From Cupriavidus necator (GTDB lineage: Bacteria; Pseudomonadota; Gammaproteobacteria; Burkholderiales; Burkholderiaceae), in contig NZ_CP066018.1 of the NCBI RefSeq assembly GCF_016127575.1, positions 1-32,000 of the forward strand: 32,000 bases of DNA, written 5' to 3'. Each line of letters starts with the position of its first letter. Position 1 is the first letter of the stretch. A model generated the notes under the pieces. It did not search any database, was not told the origin of the DNA, and worked only from the letters and a program-made list of their open reading frames with translations. A program made the position numbers and the translations under genes. Below are positions 16,831 through 23,636 of the stretch, piece by piece.

Positions 16831-17014
16831 TAACTGCCTGCGTTGAAGATGGACCGGCTGCGGCCGGTCCGTTGGCAAAGCATATCGACGCCTGGCGTTT
16901 GCGGTGTGTTTTGCCAACGATGAAGGTAGTGCCCTGACTGAGTTGCATCGGTGCTGCCTTGTCCGCCGATGTCTCCTCGGTACCGCGGTCTCCTTGTCCA
17001 AAGGTATCGTTAAA

Positions 17015-17044
17015 CCCGACCTCTACAGGTCGGGCTTTTTTTTT
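17015..17044 (+). terminator. Rho-independent terminator, first canonical one downstream of phaP1
   Basis: CCCGACCT - CTAC - AGGTCGGG followed by C and a 9-T run (17036..17044). It lies 185 nt after the phaP1 stop and may also weakly serve the convergent radical SAM gene. Confidence 0.8.
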
Positions 17045-17112
17045 GCTCTTCACCTTTCCATCAGGTTGGTCCCGGTGAACAGCGGCCGTGGGCCCCGAGC
17101 ATGCATGCCGGC

Positions 17113-18201
17113 CTATTCTCCGATGCGCACAGGAATTCGCCGCCGCCCGAACTGACGCTCAAAATTCCCGAAACGTCCCGCAATCTGTGCAAAGCAGTCC
17201 GGGCAAGTTCCCGTGGGAGTCAGGCGATAGCTTTCGATCGCGTGCCAGTCGCGCACGATGAGCTGCGCGCGGCAAGCGGGGCAATGGGTGGTGGCACCGG
17301 CGGTGTCGTGCACGTTGCCGGTGTAGACGTAATGCAGTCCCTCCGCCAGCGCGTGCTTGCGGGCGCGCGCAAGGGTGGAACATGGTGTCGGCGGCACGTC
17401 GCGCATCTTGTAGTCCGGATGGAATGCGGTGAAGTGCAGCGGCACGTCGGGACCAAGCTCCCTGGCGATCCACCGGGCCTCGGCGCGAATCTCGTCATCG
17501 CTGTCGTTCTTGCCGGGAATGAGCAGCGTCGTGATCTCGAGCCAGACATCGGTTTCGTGCTTCAGGTACTGGAGCGTCTCCAGTACCGGCTGCAGGTGCG
17601 CCCCGGTGAAGGCAACATAGAACGCGTCGCTGAAGCCTTTCAGGTCGACGTTTGCCGCATCCATCCTGGCGTAGAAATCACGCCGCGCCTCGGCGCCCAT
17701 ATATCCTGCGGTCACCGCCACCGTCCTGATGCCCAGTTGGTGGCAGGCATCGGCTACGTCCATGGCGTACTCGGCGAAGATCACCGGGTCGTTGTAGGTG
17801 AAGGCCACGCTTTTGCAACCGTGCGCCGCCGCCGATGCGGCGATCGCTTCGGGCATGGCCGCATCGGCCAGGGTCTCCATCTCGCGCGATTTACTGATAT
17901 CCCAGTTCTGGCAGAACTTGCAGGCCAGATTGCAGCCGGCTGTGCCGAACGACAGGACGGCGGAGCCCGGGTAGAAGTGGTTGAGCGGCTTCTTTTCGAT
18001 CGGGTCGATGCAGAAGCCCGACGAGCGGCCATAGGCGGTCAGCACCATCCGATCGCCGACCCGCTGGCGCACGAAGCAAGCGCCGCGCTGCTCGCCATGC
18101 AGGCGGCAGTGGCGCGGGCACAGGTCGCATTGCATGCGGCCGTCATCCAGGAAATGCCAGTAGCGGCCGGAATAGCTCCCTGAACCGGGCACATCCTTCA
18201 T
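17113..18201 (-). CDS. AmmeMemoRadiSam-system-type radical SAM enzyme (PflA-like activase fold)
   Basis: Track ORF 17113..18201, 362 aa. The radical SAM motif is CNLACKFC (CX3CX2C). The N-terminal Cys set is CDLCPRHC...GACFVR, and the block GFCIDPIEKKPLNHFYPGS is typical of this family. Confidence 0.88.
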   Translation of the reverse strand: MKDVPGSGSYSGRYWHFLDDGRMQCDLCPRHCRLHGEQRGACFVRQRVGDRMVLTAYGRSSGFCIDPIEKKPLNHFYPGSAVLSFGTAGCNLACKFCQNWDISKSREMETLADAAMPEAIAASAAAHGCKSVAFTYNDPVIFAEYAMDVADACHQLGIRTVAVTAGYMGAEARRDFYARMDAANVDLKGFSDAFYVAFTGAHLQPVLETLQYLKHETDVWLEITTLLIPGKNDSDDEIRAEARWIARELGPDVPLHFTAFHPDYKMRDVPPTPCSTLARARKHALAEGLHYVYTGNVHDTAGATTHCPACRAQLIVRDWHAIESYRLTPTGTCPDCFAQIAGRFGNFERQFGRRRIPVRIGE

Positions 18202-18392
18202 GAATGGTCCTTGTGCGGCTTGCTGATCACGGTTACCGACAATACATCCAGGTCGAAGAACGGGCTGTCAGCCGGAGGCGGGGGCAATCCGGCACCCCAT
18301 CCGGCGATGGCATGCTTGATGTACTCTGCCATCTGCTCGTCGGCAACGTCCCTGGGCTGGTCGATCATCACGACATAGCGGCGAGTGCTCAT
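18198..18392 (-). CDS. Hypothetical 64-aa protein translationally coupled to the radical SAM gene
   Basis: This is the tail of track ORF 18198..18479 (MSTRRYVVMIDQPRDVADEQMAEYIKHAIAGWGAGLPPPPADSPFFDLDVLSVTVISKPHKDHS). An AAGGA SD lies 7 nt before the ATG at 18392. Its TGA (18200..18198) overlaps the radical SAM ATG (18201..18199). About three quarters of third codon positions are G/C. Confidence 0.55.
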   Translation of the reverse strand: MSTRRYVVMIDQPRDVADEQMAEYIKHAIAGWGAGLPPPPADSPFFDLDVLSVTVISKPHKDHS

Positions 18393-18486
18393 GGCAGATC
18401 CTTTATGGCGCCCATGACAGGCAACCATGGTGGCATCACGAACGTATCCGGTGTCATCAATGCCGGCGACCCCATTCACGCGACGT

Positions 18487-18924
18487 CTAGCGATAGACCA
18501 GCACCGGAATCTTGCTGTGGGTCAGTACCTTCAGGGTTTCGCTGCCGATCAACAGCGCCTTCACACCCCGGCGCCCATGAGACGCCATGACAATCAGGTC
18601 ACAATCGTTTTCTTCTGCAGCCTTGATGATGGCATCGTAGGGATGATCGTCGACCACGCTGCTGGTGTCGCAGGGCACGCCTGCCGCGGCGGCCTCTCGC
18701 GCGATGCCGTCGAGGTATTTCGATGCGTCCTCGAGGACAGCCTCTTCGAACTGCTCTCGCGTGTCGGTGAGCATTTCGGTGTGGTAAGTCGTGACGTGGA
18801 AATCCGGGCAGGCGCGCAGCGCCGTAATGCTGGCCTGCGTCTCCTGCGCGAACTCCAGTGCCTTGCGAAAGGCCGCTTCGGCCAGAGCGGAGCCATCTAC
18901 CGCAACAAGAAGATGCCTGAACAC
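18487..18924 (-). CDS. Universal stress protein (UspA family)
   Basis: This is the C-terminal 145 aa of track ORF 18487..19188. A GTG start at 18924 lies 6 nt after AAGGAGG. The family signature is (V)FRHLLVAVDGS...DLIVMASHGRRGVKALLIGSETLKVLTHSKIPVLVYR. Confidence 0.88.
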   Translation of the reverse strand: MFRHLLVAVDGSALAEAAFRKALEFAQETQASITALRACPDFHVTTYHTEMLTDTREQFEEAVLEDASKYLDGIAREAAAAGVPCDTSSVVDDHPYDAIIKAAEENDCDLIVMASHGRRGVKALLIGSETLKVLTHSKIPVLVYR

Positions 18925-19190
18925 GTCGTGCCTCCTTGTCAGCTGAACGGTAGCCACCGGGGGCCACCGGATCCCGCCAGCAGACATCCGGCAGCGATCG
19001 GCCGCGCGCGAATATGCAGCGCCGGCCTCGGTCGCCTTGGGGTGCATGGCGGCTGAATTCAGTATAGGCAGCGAAGGTCTTGCACCGCTCCTGTCGCAAT
19101 CTGCACCTTGGCTGCCGACGCGAGCGGTACTGGCAGGCAGACCTCGCGGACGCCGGCAAATTCTGGCGGTTAATTGCATAATTGGCAATG

Positions 19191-19218
19191 AAAAAGCCCG
19201 CCTGGGCAGGCGGGCTTT
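19191..19218 (-). terminator. Rho-independent terminator of the pdh operon
   Basis: On the minus strand the sequence reads AAAGCCCGCC - TGCCCA - GGCGGGCTTT, with the last three stem bases beginning a five-T run (TTTTT). It starts 21 nt after the pdhL stop. Confidence 0.85.
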
Positions 19219-19239
19219 CTCGCTTGCAGCGAACGGCGC

Positions 19240-21024
19240 TCAGCGCTTGCGCGGCGGCGGCACGTCAGTACACGTGCCTTCATAGATCTCCGCCGCCATG
19301 CCGATCGATTCACCCAGCGTCGGGTGCGGATGGATGGTCTTGCCGATATCCACCGCATCGGCGCCCATCTCGATCGCCAGGCAGACCTCGCTGATCAGGT
19401 CGCCTGCATGCGTGCCGACGATGCCGCCGCCGATCACGCGATGGGTTTCCTCGTCGAAGATCAGCTTGGTGAAGCCTTCGTCGCGGCCGTTGGCGATGGC
19501 GCGGCCCGATGCCGCCCAGGGGAACACGCCCTTGCTGTACTTGATCCCCTTCTCCTTGCACTCGTCTTCGGTCAGGCCGGCCCAGGCCACTTCCGGATCG
19601 GTGAAGGCCACCGACGGGATCTGCTTGGCATCGAAGTAAGCCTTCTCGCCATGCGCGGCCTCAGCGGCAACGTGGGCTTCATGCACCGCCTTGTGCGCCA
19701 GCATCGGCTGGCCGACGATATCGCCGATCGCAAAGATATGCGGCACATTGGTGCGCATCTGCTTGTCGACGTTGATAAAGCCGCGCTCGCTCACGGCCAC
19801 GCCGGCCTTCTCTGCGCTGATGCGCTTGCCGTTGGGCGAGCGGCCCACCGACACCAGCACCAGGTCGTAGCGCTGTGGCTCGGCCGGCGCGGCCTCGCCT
19901 TCGAACTTGACGTAGATGCCGTCCGGTTTGGCTTCCACGCCGACGGTTTTGGTCTTCAGCATGACCTTGCCGAAGCGGTCCTTGTTCTTCTTTTCCCAGA
20001 CCTTGACCAGGTCGCGGTCAGCACCGTTCATCAGGCCGTCGAGCATTTCCACGACATCGATGTCGGCACCCAGCGTGCTGTACACCGTGGCCATTTCCAG
20101 GCCGATGATGCCGCCGCCGATGACCAGCATCTTGTTGGGCACTTCGGGCAGCTCCAGCGCGCCGGTCGAGTCGACGATGCGCGGATCTTCCGGGATGAAC
20201 GGCAGTTTCACCGCCTGGCTGCCGGCAGCGATGATGGCCTTCTCGAAGCGGATCACGGTCTTCTTGCCGGTGCTGCGCTTGCCCTCGCCTTCGGTCAGCT
20301 CGACCTCCATGTGATGCGGGTCGAGGAAGTTGCCGATGCCGCGCACCACCTGCACCTTGCGCGCCTTGGCCATGCCGGCCAGGCCGCCGGTGAGCTTGCC
20401 GACCACCTGGTTCTTGTAGTGGCGCAGGCCGTCCAGGTCGATCTTGGCTTCGCCGAACAGGATGCCGTGGGCGGCCAGCGCCTTGGCTTCGTCGATCACG
20501 GCGGCGTTGTGCAGCAGCGCCTTGGACGGGATGCAGCCCACGTTCAGGCAGACGCCGCCAAGCGTGCTGTAGCGCTCCACCAGCACGGTATTCATGCCCA
20601 GGTCTGCGGCGCGGAAGGCGGCCGAGTAGCCGCCGGGGCCGGCGCCCAGCACCAGCATCTCGCACTGGATATCGGCGCCACCGCTGTGGCTGGCGGCAGC
20701 AGGAGCCGGTGCCGGAGCCGCCGCCGCGGGTGCGGGAGCCTGCGCCGGTGCCGGAGCTTGCGCGGGCGCCGGGGCGGCCGCGGCCTGCTGGGCCTCGATG
20801 GTGCAGATCACCGCGCCCTGGCCGACCTTGTCGCCGACCTTGACCTTGACCTCAACCACCTTGCCGGCGGCCGACGACGGCACGTCCATGCTGGCCTTGT
20901 CGGATTCCAGCACGATCAGGGACTGTTCCACCTCGACCGTGTCGCCGGCCTTGACCAGCACCTCGATCACTTCCACCGCGTCGAAATCGCCGATATCCGG
21001 CACCTTGACTTCGATCACACTCAT
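19240..21024 (-). CDS. pdhL: Dihydrolipoyl dehydrogenase (E3) with an N-terminal lipoyl domain
   Basis: Track ORF 19240..21024, 594 aa. Residues 1-~78 form a lipoyl domain ([15 protein letters not shown]...[12 protein letters not shown]). An Ala/Pro linker follows, then the FAD motif [13 protein letters not shown] and the redox disulfide [13 protein letters not shown]. Confidence 0.95.
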   Translation of the reverse strand: MSVIEVKVPDIGDFDAVEVIEVLVKAGDTVEVEQSLIVLESDKASMDVPSSAAGKVVEVKVKVGDKVGQGAVICTIEAQQAAAAPAPAQAPAPAQAPAPAAAAPAPAPAAASHSGGADIQCEMLVLGAGPGGYSAAFRAADLGMNTVLVERYSTLGGVCLNVGCIPSKALLHNAAVIDEAKALAAHGILFGEAKIDLDGLRHYKNQVVGKLTGGLAGMAKARKVQVVRGIGNFLDPHHMEVELTEGEGKRSTGKKTVIRFEKAIIAAGSQAVKLPFIPEDPRIVDSTGALELPEVPNKMLVIGGGIIGLEMATVYSTLGADIDVVEMLDGLMNGADRDLVKVWEKKNKDRFGKVMLKTKTVGVEAKPDGIYVKFEGEAAPAEPQRYDLVLVSVGRSPNGKRISAEKAGVAVSERGFINVDKQMRTNVPHIFAIGDIVGQPMLAHKAVHEAHVAAEAAHGEKAYFDAKQIPSVAFTDPEVAWAGLTEDECKEKGIKYSKGVFPWAASGRAIANGRDEGFTKLIFDEETHRVIGGGIVGTHAGDLISEVCLAIEMGADAVDIGKTIHPHPTLGESIGMAAEIYEGTCTDVPPPRKR

Positions 21025-21057
21025 GTTTGCTCCTCTATGCGCGCCCGCCTCTCGGCT

Positions 21058-21735
21058 TCAGGGCGCGCCGTCGTTGTTGGTTGCCGCGCTGTCGGGTGCC
21101 GTACTGCCGGTTGCCGGATTGCCGCCCGTGGCACCGCCAGCCGGCGGTGCCGGCGCGGTGTCACCCTCGTGCAGCCGCACGGTGTGCACCTCGATCGGCC
21201 CCGCCGAACTCTTGTCGAACTCCACGCCCGCATCGACGCCGATGCGCGCGATCTCGCCCGCATCCAGGTCCGGCCGGTCATAGACCGCATGCATCGCGCC
21301 CAGCGCGTAGTTGCGGCCCGAGCCGATACCCCAGAAGCGGTCGAACGAAAACACCTCGCGGTACGAGTAGACGCCGAAGATGCCCGCCGGATTGGCGATC
21401 AGGCATACGATCTGCGACGACTCGTAGGGATCGTCCTCGTCTTCCTTGGTGTTGACGAAGTAGTCCGACTTCAGCTTCTCATGCACCTTCAGGAAGGTGC
21501 GGAACACGTCATCACGCGAGCCCAGCCGGCACTCTTCGCCAAGCCCCGCCAGCAGCGTGCGCATGACCGGGAAGTGCGCGGTGGTCCCGGCCAGCGCGAT
21601 GAAGCCGTCGCCTACCGGGAACACCTTCTGGTTGCGCTCGTAGGCGCGCGACAGGCGCGTGTCGCCAAAGGTGACCAGCGCATCTGCCGCGATGGCCACC
21701 TCGGCGCCCTTCCTCACGACCACGCAGGTAGTCAT
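21058..21735 (-). CDS. HslV / proteasome-beta-like Ntn-hydrolase-fold protein (ORF between E2 and E3 genes)
   Basis: Track ORF 21058..21801 trimmed to MTTCVVVRKGAEVAIAADALVTFGDTRL (ATG at 21735, GGGAG SD), giving 225 aa. The N-terminal Thr-Thr, the Lys in NQKVFPV and the GIGSG motif parallel HslV (TTIVSVRRNG...KKVRRLY...AIGSGG). The Ala/Gly/Pro/Thr-rich C-terminal tail has no HslV counterpart. Confidence 0.7.
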   Translation of the reverse strand: MTTCVVVRKGAEVAIAADALVTFGDTRLSRAYERNQKVFPVGDGFIALAGTTAHFPVMRTLLAGLGEECRLGSRDDVFRTFLKVHEKLKSDYFVNTKEDEDDPYESSQIVCLIANPAGIFGVYSYREVFSFDRFWGIGSGRNYALGAMHAVYDRPDLDAGEIARIGVDAGVEFDKSSAGPIEVHTVRLHEGDTAPAPPAGGATGGNPATGSTAPDSAATNNDGAP

Positions 21736-21807
21736 GGCTCGCTCCCGGTTGCGCGTGGTGCGCCGGGCAGGCCAGGCCGTCGGCCTGCCCGCCCGGCGCA
21801 ACCCCGC

Positions 21808-23469
21808 TTACAGCAGGATGCGGCGGAAATCCGCCAGCAGTTGCCCGAAGTACGTGTTGAAGCGCGCCGCTTCGGCACCGTCGATGACGCGGTGGTCCCA
21901 CGACAGCGACAGCGGCAGCGTCAGGCGCGGGGCGAACTGCTTGCCGTCCCACACCGGCTTCTGGTACGACTTGCACACGCCCATGATGGCCACTTCCGGC
22001 GCGTTGATGATCGGCGTGAAGTATGTGCCGCCGAGGCCGCCCAGCGAAGAGATCGAGAAGCAGCCGCCCTGCATCTGGTCCGGCTTGAGCTTGCCGTCGC
22101 GGGCCAGCTTGGCGAGCTCGCTCATTTCCTGGCTGATCTCCAGCACGCCCTTCTTGTCGGCGTCCTTGATCACCGGCACGACCAGGCCGTTCGGGGTGTC
22201 GGCGGCAAAACCGATGTTGAAGTACTTCTTCAGCACGAGGTTGTCACCATCGAGCGACGCGTTGAAGTTCGGGAACTTCTTCAGCGCCGCCACCGTGGCC
22301 TTGATCATGAACGCCAGCATCGTCACCTTGATGCCGGACTTCTCGTTTTCCTTGTTCAGCTGCAGGCGGAAGGCTTCCAGCTCGGTGATGTCCGCTTCGT
22401 CATGGTTGGTGACGTGCGGGATCATGACCCAGTTGCGGTGCAGGTTGGCACCCGAGATCTTCTTGATGCGCGACAGGGCCTTGCTTTCGACCTCGCCGAA
22501 GCGGGTGAAATCGACCTTCGGCCACGGCAGCAGGCCGAGCTCGCCACCACCGGCGCCAGCCGCGGCGGCCTGTGCGGGCGCGGCGGCCTGGCCGCTCATC
22601 ACGCCCTTGACGTAGCCCTGCACGTCTTCCTGGGTGATACGGCCCTTGGGGCCGGTGCCCGGCACGCGCGACACGTCCACGCCCAGCTCGCGTGCGAACT
22701 TGCGCACCGAGGGGCTGGCGTGGGCGGCCTTGCCGGTTACGCCAGCGGCGGCCGGCGCGGCAGCAGGTGCTGCGGCCGGTGCCGGGGCGGCGGCTGCGGG
22801 GGCCGGTGCCGGTGCGGGCGCGCTGGCAGCCGGAGCCGGTGCCGCGGCGGCAGCTGCCGGGGCGGCTGCTGCGGCGGCGCCTTCCAGGATCAGCAGCAGC
22901 GTGCCTTCGGCGACGTTGTCACCGACCTTGACCTTGACTTCCTTGACCACGCCGCCTTGCGGCGACGGCACGTCCATGGTGGCCTTGTCGGACTCCAGCG
23001 TCACCACGGCGTCTTCGGCGTTGATGGTGTCGCCCGCCTTGACGTGGACTTCGATGACCGGCACGGCGTCGTAGTCGCCGATATCGGGCACCTTGACTTC
23101 GATGGTGCCGCCACCGCCAGCGGCCGGGGCCGCGGCTGGGGCTGCTGCGGGGGCAGGAGCCGGTGCGGGGGCTGCGGCGGCCGGCGCCGGTGCTGCGGCA
23201 GCAGGGGCAGGTGCGGCGGCGGGCTCGTTGGCCGCCTCCAGCATCACCAGCACCGAGCCTTCGGACACGTTGTCGCCCACCTTGATGCGGACGTCCTTGA
23301 CCACGCCGGCCTGCGGCGAGGGCACGTCCATGGTGGCCTTGTCCGATTCCAGCGTCACCAGCGCGTCTTCCGCGTTGATGCTGTCGCCGGGTTTCACATG
23401 CACTTCGATGACGGGAACGGCGTCATAGTCGCCGATATCCGGCACCTTGATTTCAATCGCTTGACTCAT
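21808..23469 (-). CDS. pdhB: Dihydrolipoyllysine-residue acetyltransferase (E2) of pyruvate dehydrogenase
   Basis: Track ORF 21808..23469, 553 aa. It has two lipoyl domains ([11 protein letters not shown] twice) and Ala/Pro linkers. The E3/E1-binding domain is [25 protein letters not shown], and the catalytic domain carries SWDHRVIDG. Confidence 0.96.
   Translation of the reverse strand: MSQAIEIKVPDIGDYDAVPVIEVHVKPGDSINAEDALVTLESDKATMDVPSPQAGVVKDVRIKVGDNVSEGSVLVMLEAANEPAAAPAPAAAAPAPAAAAPAPAPAPAAAPAAAPAAGGGGTIEVKVPDIGDYDAVPVIEVHVKAGDTINAEDAVVTLESDKATMDVPSPQGGVVKEVKVKVGDNVAEGTLLLILEGAAAAAAPAAAAAAPAPAASAPAPAPAPAAAAPAPAAAPAAAPAAAGVTGKAAHASPSVRKFARELGVDVSRVPGTGPKGRITQEDVQGYVKGVMSGQAAAPAQAAAAGAGGGELGLLPWPKVDFTRFGEVESKALSRIKKISGANLHRNWVMIPHVTNHDEADITELEAFRLQLNKENEKSGIKVTMLAFMIKATVAALKKFPNFNASLDGDNLVLKKYFNIGFAADTPNGLVVPVIKDADKKGVLEISQEMSELAKLARDGKLKPDQMQGGCFSISSLGGLGGTYFTPIINAPEVAIMGVCKSYQKPVWDGKQFAPRLTLPLSLSWDHRVIDGAEAARFNTYFGQLLADFRRILL
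22879..23469 (-). repeat. Intragenic tandem duplication encoding the two E2 lipoyl domains (period about 363 nt)
   Basis: Copy 1 is about 23236..23469 and copy 2 about 22879..23106. The peptides are nearly identical ([20 protein letters not shown][P/A]GD[S/T]INAEDA[L/V][16 protein letters not shown]...), and DNA similarity is visibly high. A third, more diverged copy opens pdhL (about 20791..21024). Confidence 0.85.
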
Positions 23470-23636
23470 TCAGTGTCTCCTGGGCAGGCCGGCACGCGCG
23501 ACATCCGCAAGCGGCGAGATTACCTTCGCCGCCCGCTTCTGTCACGCCGCCATGCCGCAAGGCGCCGTCCGGGCTCTGGCCGGGGCGCCCGCGGCACGGC
23601 GTTGCCGTACTGCGGGGGTTGGTGCTGGCTGCCGGA

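Noticed and set aside
16219-17001. A 260-aa minus-strand ORF covering phaP1 in antisense.
   Set aside because: phaP1 is securely identified on the plus strand with its promoter, SD and terminator. The antisense product is a low-complexity Arg/Gly/Leu-rich string.
19174-19188. TTGCATAATTGGCAA upstream of the usp cluster, considered as an FNR/CRP-type box (TTGAT-N4-ATCAA).
   Set aside because: The half-sites are not true inverted repeats and the spacing is off by one (TTG-N9-CAA, where TTG-N8-CAA is expected). It also lies about 250 nt from the usp start and abuts the pdhL terminator, so it is not convincing without a matrix scan.
18925-19190. A search for a sigma54 (-24 GG / -12 GC) promoter or a hidden small gene in the 315-bp usp-pdhL spacer.
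   Set aside because: The only GG...GC candidate (AAGGTGCAGATTGCGA on the minus strand) has GG-N8-GC spacing where GG-N10-GC is expected. The ORFs here (for example 19037..19285) run into the terminator and pdhL and have no SD.
20690-20790. GC-rich short repeats (GCGCCGGTGCCGGAGC-like units), also present at about 22740..22880 and 23110..23230, considered as tandem repeats or a CRISPR-like array.
   Set aside because: They lie in frame inside pdhL and pdhB and encode the Ala/Pro inter-domain linkers ([10 protein letters not shown]...). They have no spacer/repeat architecture.
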